DNA of 64,000 nt, from assembly GCA_964558935.1 (NCBI GenBank), contig CAZLFP010000001.1:147260-211259 (forward strand), given 5' to 3'. The stretch's first letter is position 1. Each line of letters begins with the position of its first letter. This document shows, one piece after another, positions 38,514 to 47,200 of the stretch. The stretch is from an uncultured Gammaproteobacteria bacterium. Its GTDB lineage: Bacteria; Patescibacteriota; Patescibacteriia; 2-01-FULL-39-33. A program made the position numbers and the translations under genes. Under the pieces are notes generated by a model. It searched no databases. It was not told the DNA's origin and saw nothing but the letters and a program-made list of their open reading frames with translations.

Positions 38514-40829
38514 ATGGATAAATTTATCAGTAAATTAGCCAAATTAACAGCTGAACTCGGTCCAGACGACATTTGGGGTGATGCTTTTATTGCCCGACCC
38601 AGTACAGAACTCATCACCAAACTGGGTACGGTTTTTGGCTGGTTGCAATTAGACAGTCTGCCGGAACAATTCAATGAACAGTTTTTGGAAATCATTGAAG
38701 ATCTAAAAACCGAATACTACCTGCCACCGCTAGAAACCGAATATGGGGTAGAAAAAAGATTTGAAGAATGCCTGCAAAGAGCCAACAGAAGAATTCATAA
38801 AATCATTAATCAATCTATCGATGAAGTTGAATTGGACCAAATCAGTTCGGTTATTGCTTTAATCCACAAAGATAAGCTGTATTTAAGCCAGATCGGGACG
38901 ACCAATGCTTTTTTATTTCATCAGAAGAAAAAACATGATCACCTCATTCTGGACATTATTAAACAGACTGGCGACAAGAAAAAGGTTAAAACCAATCCAG
39001 AAAAAATGTTTTCCAATATTATTTCAGGAGAATTAACCGTTAAAGACAGTTTAATTATTTGCAACAGCCCTATTTTAGAATTCCTGTCCCCCAATGAATT
39101 GAAAGATATTGTGACGGAAAATACCAGTTTAACGGCAGTGAAAGAACTGGAAAAAATCTTAACCTCTCAAACCGGTCAAGGCAATTTCTATGCGATTATC
39201 ATCCAACCGGAAGAAGAGCTGGAACCGGAAACCAGTCCAACAGCTCCGGTCAGAACCAATCTGAGACCAGAAGCTTCTTTAAATAACCTGCTAAACACTC
39301 AAGAAAAAACAGAGCAATATTTAACGCCATCTCTCATGCCGAGCTGGCAAAAAGCAATTATCATTATCTTAAGAGGCCTTAAAAAATTACTACAATTGGT
39401 AATTAAATACTTAAAAATCAGTGGCATATACCTGCTGAAGCAACTTAAAAGATTAATCTCTCAGATCAGACAAGAGTCTCCCTCAGCAATCGCTTCGGAA
39501 GAGCAAACGCCTCAGACTAATATTCAAGCAGAAATTGCACATGACAGTCAGCAATTCAAGCAATTTACTGACAATATTTCACAAAAGTCATTAGATATTG
39601 CAAAAAAAGTTGCAGACAAAGCGAAAAACCTGGATGAATACAAGAAATTATTGCCTTTGGATAAAAATAAGACAATTGGCCAAAACCTGAGCGATTGGCT
39701 AAATACACAATTAGCCAGATTCTTTAACTTAAAAAGATACCAGCAAATCTTGGTAATAATGGCCATGATCGTAATTTTCTTTTTCTGCCAGAGCATTGTC
39801 TGGCAGGGCAGAAATCAAACCACGGTTGAAACAACTGATTTAAACGACATTATTTCTCAAATAGATGAGAAAATCAACACGGCAGAGGCTCAAAACATCT
39901 TCAATGATGAAGCAGGAGCCAGGGCTTCCATTTCTGAAGCTGTAGCGTTACTAAACCAAGTGCCGGATAAAAGAAAATACCAAGAAACCAGACTGGAATT
40001 TCAATCCAGAATTGATACGGTTAACCAATTGTTACAAAAAATGACCTTCTTAGACCAGCCTGAAGTCATAGCGGATTTAACCAAGCAAAACAGTCAGGCA
40101 GACACTGCCGGTTTGGCTTTTGCCAACAACCAACTCTTTTCCTTCGATAACAACAATCATACTTTGTATCAAATAGACTTAGATAATCAACAGTCTAAAA
40201 AATTTGAACTGGCTTCAAGCATAAGCGATATCACGAAAGCCAAAGCCATAGATGACAACCAAATCCTACTTTTAAACGGCAACAAAGAATTCTACCTGTT
40301 CAAACCAACAGACAATAAAGCTGAGGTGGTTCTAACATTAGATCAGGCCATTGCTGACTTTGGCTTGTATGGAGATAAAATATATACTTTAAGAACCAAT
40401 CAGAATCAGGTGTACAAGCATCTGAAAAGCAGTACCGGCTACAATCAAGGCAGTGCTTGGATTGGAGACGGAACAGATGTTAAACAAGCGACTGCCATTA
40501 CGGTGGATGGCGGTATCTATTTAGCTTATGCAGACGGCCAATTAAAATATCTGATGGGTGGCGGTTTAGACACTGAAACAACCTTTACCGATATCTCTCC
40601 GGACATTTCAAATCCGGTTGATATTCACAGCCATATCGAATCCAATTACATCTATGTTCTGGATCCTGACAACCAACGAGTGGTGGTTTTCGACAAAAAT
40701 GGTAAATTAAAAATTCAATACACTTCCAATCAATTCTCTAACATTAAAGCCATGGCAGTAGCTGAGAACAACAAGCAGATCTATATTCTGGCAGATAACA
40801 AGATCTATGGCATAGAGATTAATTTTTAA
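38514..40829 (+). CDS. membrane protein with degenerate PP2C-like N-terminal domain and C-terminal beta-propeller
   Basis: LYLSQIG...SGEL...DSLIICNS PP2C-like fold; TM at about aa 410-430; NHL-like repeats (IYVLDPDNQRVVVFDKNG). Confidence 0.7.
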   Translation: MDKFISKLAKLTAELGPDDIWGDAFIARPSTELITKLGTVFGWLQLDSLPEQFNEQFLEIIEDLKTEYYLPPLETEYGVEKRFEECLQRANRRIHKIINQSIDEVELDQISSVIALIHKDKLYLSQIGTTNAFLFHQKKKHDHLILDIIKQTGDKKKVKTNPEKMFSNIISGELTVKDSLIICNSPILEFLSPNELKDIVTENTSLTAVKELEKILTSQTGQGNFYAIIIQPEEELEPETSPTAPVRTNLRPEASLNNLLNTQEKTEQYLTPSLMPSWQKAIIIILRGLKKLLQLVIKYLKISGIYLLKQLKRLISQIRQESPSAIASEEQTPQTNIQAEIAHDSQQFKQFTDNISQKSLDIAKKVADKAKNLDEYKKLLPLDKNKTIGQNLSDWLNTQLARFFNLKRYQQILVIMAMIVIFFFCQSIVWQGRNQTTVETTDLNDIISQIDEKINTAEAQNIFNDEAGARASISEAVALLNQVPDKRKYQETRLEFQSRIDTVNQLLQKMTFLDQPEVIADLTKQNSQADTAGLAFANNQLFSFDNNNHTLYQIDLDNQQSKKFELASSISDITKAKAIDDNQILLLNGNKEFYLFKPTDNKAEVVLTLDQAIADFGLYGDKIYTLRTNQNQVYKHLKSSTGYNQGSAWIGDGTDVKQATAITVDGGIYLAYADGQLKYLMGGGLDTETTFTDISPDISNPVDIHSHIESNYIYVLDPDNQRVVVFDKNGKLKIQYTSNQFSNIKAMAVAENNKQIYILADNKIYGIEINF

Positions 40830-40840
40830 AAACAAGAAAC

Positions 40841-40869
40841 AAAAAGACCCTCATTACGAGGGTCTTTTT
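40841..40869. terminator. bidirectional intrinsic terminator
   Basis: AAAAAGACCCTC-attac-GAGGGTCTTTTT between convergent genes. Confidence 0.85.
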
Positions 40870-40883
40870 TTAAACCAGTGATC

Positions 40884-41330
40884 TTACTTTAAAGTAACAG
40901 TCGCACCGGCTTCTTCCAATTGCTTCTTAATGGCTTCAGCTTCTTCTTTCTTAACACCTTCTCTAACTATCTTAGGAGCACCGTCAACTAAATCTTTAGC
41001 CTCTTTAAGACCTAATTCAGTCACAGCTCTAACTGCTTTAATGGCGCCAATCTTGTTGTCACCGGCAGCAGTTAATTCGATGTCGAAAGCGTCTTTTTCT
41101 TCAGCCGGAGCAGCCTCTGCACCACCTGCGACAGCCATAGCCGCTACAGGAGCAGCAGCAGAAACACCAAACTTTTCTTCCAACACCTTAACCAGCTCAG
41201 CTAAGTCAATAACACTTAACTGTTCAATCTGTTCCACCAAAGCTTTAAACTTTTCAGGTACTTCTACCTTAGTTGCTTCTTTAGCTTCATCAGCTTGAGG
41301 AGCTGGATTTTGTACATTTTCTTCTGACAT
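40884..41330 (-). CDS. rplL: 50S ribosomal protein L7/L12
   Basis: [39 protein letters not shown]. Confidence 0.97.
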   Translation of the reverse strand: MSEENVQNPAPQADEAKEATKVEVPEKFKALVEQIEQLSVIDLAELVKVLEEKFGVSAAAPVAAMAVAGGAEAAPAEEKDAFDIELTAAGDNKIGAIKAVRAVTELGLKEAKDLVDGAPKIVREGVKKEEAEAIKKQLEEAGATVTLK

Positions 41331-41360
41331 ATGTTTTTTGTTAGTTATTAATTATATAAA

Positions 41361-41876
41361 TTATTGTTTGCTTTCTTTAATGGCATTTAAAGCATAGACC
41401 AGATTTCTTAAGTTGCCTTGCAAAACATTGACCATTCCAGACAACGGAGCCGCAATAGAACCAACAGCTTTAGCTATTAATTCATCTCTACCCGGTAATT
41501 TAGCTAAAGCTACAACCTGATCTTTTTCAATTAGCTTGCCTTCTAAAATACCACCTAAAATCTGCATATTCTCATGGCCTTTGGCAAATTCTGCAATTAA
41601 TTTAGCCGGAGTCACTTCATCTCCCAGACCAATAACAGTGGCAACCTCACCTTCAAAATTCTTGGCTTCCAAGCCTTTTTCAGCTAAAGCTTTCTTTAAC
41701 AAGGTTTTTTTGGTTACTTCATACTTAACATCTTCCTTCTTACAATCCTGTCTTAATCCGTCAATTTCCTTAACCGGAATACCGGAGAAATTAACAAAGA
41801 CAGCAGACTTCATATTGTCCAGCTTGTCAATTAAATTCTGTAAAACACTGTGTTTTTGAGCTTTGGTTTTAGGCAT
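41361..41876 (-). CDS. rplJ: 50S ribosomal protein L10
   Basis: VTKKTLL, LAKLPGRDEL; upstream of rplL. Confidence 0.96.
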   Translation of the reverse strand: MPKTKAQKHSVLQNLIDKLDNMKSAVFVNFSGIPVKEIDGLRQDCKKEDVKYEVTKKTLLKKALAEKGLEAKNFEGEVATVIGLGDEVTPAKLIAEFAKGHENMQILGGILEGKLIEKDQVVALAKLPGRDELIAKAVGSIAAPLSGMVNVLQGNLRNLVYALNAIKESKQ

Positions 41877-41893
41877 ATATTTGTGTGATTTAA

Positions 41894-42005
41894 TAAAAAA
41901 ACTGCGGTTGATCCGCAGATTACATGACTAAAGATAGTCAGAGAATATTCCTAGGCAGGGTTTTGTTTAAATTAAGCCAATTATGGCCCCCACGGTCTGC
42001 GGATG
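41894..42005 (-). ncRNA. ribosomal protein L10 leader (cis-regulatory RNA with attenuator hairpin)
   Basis: minus strand CCGCAGACCGTGGGG...TTAA...CCCTGCCTAGG resembles the L10-leader consensus; terminator CTGCGG-atcaa-CCGCAG-TTTTTT before rplJ; promoter TTGACA-17-TACAAT at 42051-42023. Confidence 0.8.
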
Positions 42006-42064
42006 TCTTAAGTTATATTGGTATTGTATACTATTTGAGAAGATTTGTCAATATTTAATGGTAT

Positions 42065-42613
42065 CTAAACCTCCCCCTCCTTAAAAGTAATGGTTTCGTA
42101 TTTAAAAAACTCTGTCTCATTATTTTCCAAACAACTCTCATCCAAACCGGCTTTTTGACACAAAGAGGATAAAAACTCTCCTTTTTTTGGTAAATCTTTC
42201 CAAACTTCCGGTAAATAAGTGGCAGAATCCGTGCCTTGTTTTATAACAACCCCGTCTCCCGGCTTAATCTCCTTCAAATCCACTTTCTCCAATTCAGACA
42301 GAATGGAAACTTGAATCTTAATCTCTTTTAATTCTTCCTGTGTCAAAGGCGTAAATCTGGGATCCCTAGCTGCCAACAGCACATTATCTCGTATGGCTAA
42401 CATAACTGACTCTTCAGCTTGCAAAGAGCCAATACAGCCTCTTAACTGTTTGCCATGATACAAAGTTACAAACACTCCCCTTTTCTCCCATAACTTCTGG
42501 TTGACAGTTTGAGGTTCATATCTTTCCCGTTGAATTAACTGCATTTCCAAAGCAGTCCTGGCTACTTTGAGCAGGTATTCTTTTTCTCCTCGGGTGTAAT
42601 ATTTTTTATCCAT
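42065..42613 (-). CDS. AmmeMemoRadiSam system protein A (AMMECR1 domain)
   Basis: GVFVTL, LRGCIG, DPRF, ATYLPEVW, LCQKAG. Confidence 0.92.
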   Translation of the reverse strand: MDKKYYTRGEKEYLLKVARTALEMQLIQRERYEPQTVNQKLWEKRGVFVTLYHGKQLRGCIGSLQAEESVMLAIRDNVLLAARDPRFTPLTQEELKEIKIQVSILSELEKVDLKEIKPGDGVVIKQGTDSATYLPEVWKDLPKKGEFLSSLCQKAGLDESCLENNETEFFKYETITFKEGEV

Positions 42614-43621
42614 TTAATCTAAATATTTGGCAATATTGGCTTGATGTTCTTCATAAGTTCGACCGTAGATCAGATCACCCTCATCGTTGCTGATAAAATA
42701 ATAATAATTGTTTTGAGTTGGATAAACCGCAGCTAAAATAGCCACTTCACCCGGATTGGAAATGGGTCCGGGTGTTAAACCAGCATATTTGTAGGTATTA
42801 TACGGCGAATCCACTTCTAGATCAGCATAGGAGGGTCTCAGCTCACTCTTGCCGGTCACATAATTTACCGTCGCATCTGACTGCAGAGGAATGCCTTCAG
42901 CAATTCTCTTCTTGAAAATATCCGCAATCATGCGCTTGTCATCGTCTTTTAACGCTTCTCTTTCCACAATCGAAGCTAAAACAATGGTGTCGTAGATGGT
43001 ACTACCCTGGTTCGCAATCTCCTGTTTAACCTCCGGAGTCAATTTTCTATCTAAGTTATCCAACATTTTACGAATAATCTCTTCCACGGTGGCATCTGTA
43101 TATATCCGGTAGGTGTCCGGAAACAAAAACCCTTCTATCGTATCCGCTGGAATATTTGCTAAAAAAGCATACTCCGCTGTCCACAGATCAGTTGCAATAG
43201 CCTTTAAAAACTCTTCCTGAGTGACCAGTCTTTGAGATTCCAAATATTCACCTATCTGCTTGGCTGTCCAGCCTTCAATTACCGTAATCTGCTTCTCATT
43301 GTCGATCGCTTTACCAGTTATTAAAGTATCCGCAATTTCTTTTAAGCTCATGTCAGGACTTAATTTATACTCTCCGGCTAGCAACTTGGATTGAGCCCCC
43401 TGGTACCAGACATACCACTTAAATAAATTAGCAGAAGTGATTAACTGCTGTTGGTGCAAATTTTTAGCTATGGTTTTGACAGACGAACCTGTCTCCACTT
43501 CAAAATAGATTAAAGTAGGCTGGTCGCTAACTGAAGAATTTACACCGCTAAAAAAATAAACGGCTAGCACGACACTCACCACCGCCAAAACCGTGATTAT
43601 TAACCTAATTTTTCTCAACAT
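42614..43621 (-). CDS. mltG: endolytic transglycosylase MltG
   Basis: EGFLFPDTY, LASIVERE, LQSDATV, SPYNTY, GPISNPG. Confidence 0.95.
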   Translation of the reverse strand: MLRKIRLIITVLAVVSVVLAVYFFSGVNSSVSDQPTLIYFEVETGSSVKTIAKNLHQQQLITSANLFKWYVWYQGAQSKLLAGEYKLSPDMSLKEIADTLITGKAIDNEKQITVIEGWTAKQIGEYLESQRLVTQEEFLKAIATDLWTAEYAFLANIPADTIEGFLFPDTYRIYTDATVEEIIRKMLDNLDRKLTPEVKQEIANQGSTIYDTIVLASIVEREALKDDDKRMIADIFKKRIAEGIPLQSDATVNYVTGKSELRPSYADLEVDSPYNTYKYAGLTPGPISNPGEVAILAAVYPTQNNYYYFISNDEGDLIYGRTYEEHQANIAKYLD

Positions 43622-43704
43622 GTGATTGGAATTACTAACTTAATTATACCCCAAGCCAAGCTAAAAGGCAAAAGCGACATAATATGGTATAATATATTCA
43701 AAAT

Positions 43705-44475
43705 ATGCTTGAACCGATTAGAAAATATATTTTACTATCGGCGGTTTTTTTGGTAGTGCTGAAAGTTTTTTTAAACTTAGCAATTTTGGCATACCCGAAA
43801 ATAGACCGTTACCAGGCCTTAGATGTCAATTCTCAAGAATTAATCTCTTTAACCAATAATTACCGACAATCTCTGGGTTTAAACAGTTTAAAAGTCAATC
43901 CCAGATTAACTCAGGCGGCAGTCAATAAAGCTCAAGATATTTTAGAAGGCCAATATTTTAACCATACTTCACCGGCCGGTAAAAAGTTCTCAGATTGGAT
44001 CAAAGAAGTCAATTACGATTATTTCTATGTCGGTGAAAATCTAGCGATTGATTTTAGTGACAACCAAGAACTGTTTCAAGCCTGGTTAGACAGTCCCACT
44101 CATCGAGAGAATATCATTAGACCCCAATACCAAGAAATCGGTTTGGCCGCCCTCAGCGGTAAATATAAAAACCACTCAACTATTGTAGTGGTTCAATTAT
44201 TTGGCACACGAGTTCTGTCTCAGCCGACAGAAGAGGTCGCTACCAGCCTGCCTTTCAATGATTGGGCCAGTCATTATTTCTACGAACAGACCGGCTGGCA
44301 AAAATACCTTAAACTGGATACCTTGAATGTTATTAACAATCTAACAGATTACCTACTGATTATCTTCTCAGGTATTTACATTGTCAGTTACAATCCACGC
44401 AAAAAGAAAAACCAAATTAATATTAAACAACCTATTGTTAATCGATACCAAACAAAAATATTCAGGGAATGGTGA
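43705..44475 (+). CDS. CAP/SCP domain protein
   Basis: TNNYR, YFNHTSP, GENLA, WLDSPTHRENI. Confidence 0.9.
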   Translation: MLEPIRKYILLSAVFLVVLKVFLNLAILAYPKIDRYQALDVNSQELISLTNNYRQSLGLNSLKVNPRLTQAAVNKAQDILEGQYFNHTSPAGKKFSDWIKEVNYDYFYVGENLAIDFSDNQELFQAWLDSPTHRENIIRPQYQEIGLAALSGKYKNHSTIVVVQLFGTRVLSQPTEEVATSLPFNDWASHYFYEQTGWQKYLKLDTLNVINNLTDYLLIIFSGIYIVSYNPRKKKNQINIKQPIVNRYQTKIFREW

Positions 44476-45206
44476 GTCAAGTAGTTTAGCAAAAACTTAA
44501 TGGACAAGTAGCCGCTGACCAGAGCTGAGACAAAACCCAGTGCCAACAGCCACAAGTCTGCTTGACTGGTCCAATTAATTTCAAGGACTTGCTTAACTCC
44601 GGCTGCCAAAACAATTGGAATGGATAACAAAAAAGAAAAGCGAGCCGCTTGTTGACGTTTTAATTTTTGACCCATACCTGCTATAATGGTCATACCGGAG
44701 CGAGAAGTGCCCGGAATGAGAGCAACAGCTTGAGCTAAGCCGATAATCAGACTGTCATACAAATTCAATTGACTGATTTCACGCCTGGATTCAGCATATT
44801 TTTCAGTCAGCCACATAGCTATGGCAATGATGATCAGCATCACACCGACCAACCAAGTTTGATGAAAGTAAGTGGTGATAAGATCTTCAAAAAAATAACC
44901 GAGAATAGCCGCTGGAACAGTACCTATAATAATTAACCAGGCTAATCTTTGTTCATGATCCTGTTTTAAATTCCATTTAACCAAGCTAGTAAAAAAAGCT
45001 TGAGCCAATTTGACAATATCCGAATAAAAAAACAGCACCAGAGCGCCTAATGTTCCGAGGTGCAACACCACGTCAAACAGCAGATTATTCTGGAGTTGAA
45101 AATTAAAAATCTCGTGGAAAATGACTAAATGACCTGAACTCGAAATCGGCAGAAACTCAGTTAAACCCTGAACCAAACCGGCCAGGATGGCTAAAAAATA
45201 ATTCAT
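44388..45206 (-). CDS. uppP: undecaprenyl-diphosphatase
   Basis: QGLTEFLPISSSGHL, PGTSRSG, RFSFLLSIP. Confidence 0.96.
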   Translation of the reverse strand: MNYFLAILAGLVQGLTEFLPISSSGHLVIFHEIFNFQLQNNLLFDVVLHLGTLGALVLFFYSDIVKLAQAFFTSLVKWNLKQDHEQRLAWLIIIGTVPAAILGYFFEDLITTYFHQTWLVGVMLIIIAIAMWLTEKYAESRREISQLNLYDSLIIGLAQAVALIPGTSRSGMTIIAGMGQKLKRQQAARFSFLLSIPIVLAAGVKQVLEINWTSQADLWLLALGFVSALVSGYLSIKFLLNYLTHHSLNIFVWYRLTIGCLILIWFFFLRGL

Positions 45207-45219
45207 AGTTAGCAACTCT

Positions 45220-45669
45220 ATGTTGGAATTAATAATTATCCCTATCTTAGTTGGCTTGATTACTCAAGCCGTTAAGCTTATAATTGATGGTATACCAAAT
45301 AATTTAGATTGGCAACATGTGGTTGGAGATTATGGCGGTATGCCCTCATCACACACCGCTTTTGTTGCCTCCTTGGTTACAGTCATTGGCTTGTCCCAAG
45401 GATTAAACAGTCCGAGTTTTGCCATTGCTCTGGTCTTACTGGCGGTCGTAGCCAGAGACGCCTTGGGCTTTCGGACTGAAATCGGCAAAAATGCGGCTTT
45501 TACCAATCTCATTGCCAAGCAAGTTTTCAAGCATAAAAAAGTAAGTCTGTTGAACGAAAAAATGGGCCACCATCTGTCTGAAGTAATAGTTGGCTTCTTG
45601 ACTGGTGTCATCCTATCTGGTATACTCTATCCAGCCTATCTTTGGCTGACCTCGGCTTACATCACCTAG
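45220..45669 (+). CDS. divergent PAP2 family protein (DUF212)
   Basis: GGMPSSH, DALGFR, GH..EVIVG. Confidence 0.9.
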   Translation: MLELIIIPILVGLITQAVKLIIDGIPNNLDWQHVVGDYGGMPSSHTAFVASLVTVIGLSQGLNSPSFAIALVLLAVVARDALGFRTEIGKNAAFTNLIAKQVFKHKKVSLLNEKMGHHLSEVIVGFLTGVILSGILYPAYLWLTSAYIT

Positions 45670-45691
45670 GCTCACAACACAGGAGGAAAAA

Positions 45692-45847
45692 ATGGACAAG
45701 TTGAACCCGAACCAGATCCGAAATCTGCATGCCGAACAAACCATGTCCAAAGGATCTTGTCCCGTCAAGATCCGCATTACTACTTCCCAAGGCACGTTTG
45801 TGGGAATAGTACATGTCAAAGCAGTCACAACCGTTAGCTCTAAGTAG
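45692..45847 (+). CDS. 51-aa orphan protein (not in ORF track)
   Basis: MDKLNPNQIRNLHAEQTMSKGSCPVKIRITTSQGTFVGIVHVKAVTTVSSK; AGGAGG SD at 45681; hairpin AACCGTTAGCT/AGCTAACGGTT over the stop. Confidence 0.6.
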   Translation: MDKLNPNQIRNLHAEQTMSKGSCPVKIRITTSQGTFVGIVHVKAVTTVSSK

Positions 45848-45857
45848 CTAACGGTTA

Positions 45858-46721
45858 TTATTCTTGACAAACAGGACAAAAGTGAGTGCCTCGTTGGTTT
45901 AATGTTATTCTCTGGATAATTCCCCGGCATCTTTTACATTTTTGTCCTTTCCGTCCGTAGACCTTTAAATGCGGTACCATGCCGCCGGGTTGCCCTGAAA
46001 GTTGAACATAATTAGCTGAAGAAGTTCCTTTTTTCTCTATGCCCAGCTTTAAGATTGCAATAACGCAATCATATAGTTTCTGAATCTCAGTGGCTTTTAA
46101 AGATTTAACACTTCTATTGGGCAGTACACCGGCACAAAAACAAGTTTCATCCGCATAAATATTACCCACTCCGGCTACCATCTTTTGGTCCATTAAAACC
46201 ATCTTTATATTCCGTTTGGGATACCTGTTTAAGATAGATTTGAAATGTTCCAAACTAAACCGACTCTCCAAAGGTTCCATACCAAAGCCAGCCACCAATT
46301 GTCGGTATTGATCGTCATTGATCAACTTAGCCCAGCCGAATTTTCTGACATCATTGAAAAACAACTTGCTACCATCGGTAAAAAATAATATCAGATGAGT
46401 AAATTTGTTGGGTAAATCTTTTAAACCTTCTGCTTGAGGATGACCGCCAAATACCAACTTACCTTGCTTGGGAACATAAATTAACTGGCCGGTCATCTTA
46501 AGATGTATGGCTAAAGTTAAAGGTCCGACCAAATCTACTAACAACACCTTAGCTCGTCTGGTAATACCTGCAATTGTTTGGCCTTTGATCCGCTTTTGAA
46601 ACTCTTTCACACTCAAGGGTTTGACCATTTTAGCCCAATCCACCTCTGACCTAAGAACAGTTTTTCCTCGGATAACTTGCAACTGTCGTTTTAAAGTTTC
46701 CACTTCCGGTAACTCTGGCAT
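45858..46721 (-). CDS. mutM: formamidopyrimidine-DNA glycosylase
   Basis: MPELPEVET, HLKMTG, GVGNIYADE, C-terminal CKRC...CPVCQ zinc finger. Confidence 0.97.
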   Translation of the reverse strand: MPELPEVETLKRQLQVIRGKTVLRSEVDWAKMVKPLSVKEFQKRIKGQTIAGITRRAKVLLVDLVGPLTLAIHLKMTGQLIYVPKQGKLVFGGHPQAEGLKDLPNKFTHLILFFTDGSKLFFNDVRKFGWAKLINDDQYRQLVAGFGMEPLESRFSLEHFKSILNRYPKRNIKMVLMDQKMVAGVGNIYADETCFCAGVLPNRSVKSLKATEIQKLYDCVIAILKLGIEKKGTSSANYVQLSGQPGGMVPHLKVYGRKGQKCKRCRGIIQRITLNQRGTHFCPVCQE

Positions 46722-46784
46722 ATTGAAATATTTATGAATCTATGCTATTTTGATAAAAGTCATTTTACTTCAGGAGGGTTAGCG

Positions 46785-46967
46785 ATGACTAAAAAACAAA
46801 TAATTTTTCTGGCTAACGAATTGGGCTTGTCATATGTCTTGGCAGTCAAGCTGGCAGATAAATTAGAGCAAGACAATATTTTGTCTGACCTGAAAGACAA
46901 AGACGCACGAGGTGGCATTCAATCTGTTCTCAACAGCTTATGCTCAAAACAAACCACAGGAGGGTGA
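46785..46967 (+). CDS. 60-aa orphan helical protein
   Basis: AGGAGG SD at 46772, ATG 46785; promoter TTGAAA-17-TATTTT at 46723-46751. Confidence 0.65.
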   Translation: MTKKQIIFLANELGLSYVLAVKLADKLEQDNILSDLKDKDARGGIQSVLNSLCSKQTTGG

Positions 46968-46969
46968 TC

Positions 46970-47164
46970 GTGCTACCTAAAAAACTGGAGAAGAAGTGTC
47001 CGTGCTGTAACGGTTCGGGTCGCATCTTAGACCAACGCACACCCAACACGCCCAGTAGCCCGCTCATGATGACCTGGCTGGATATTGAGAGGATCAGACA
47101 TGCCTGTACCAAGGAGTATAGAACCTGCCCACTCTGCAATGGCCAAGGCAAAATCTCGATTTAA
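46970..47164 (+). CDS. small DnaJ-type zinc-finger protein (2x CxxCxGxG)
   Basis: CPCCNGSG...CPLCNGQG; AGGAGG SD at 46958, GTG 46970; terminator AACCGCAAG/CTTGCGGTT 47171-47197. Confidence 0.75.
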   Translation: MLPKKLEKKCPCCNGSGRILDQRTPNTPSSPLMMTWLDIERIRHACTKEYRTCPLCNGQGKISI

Positions 47165-47200
47165 TCCCTTAACCGCAAGTAAGTATCTCTTGCGGTTTTC

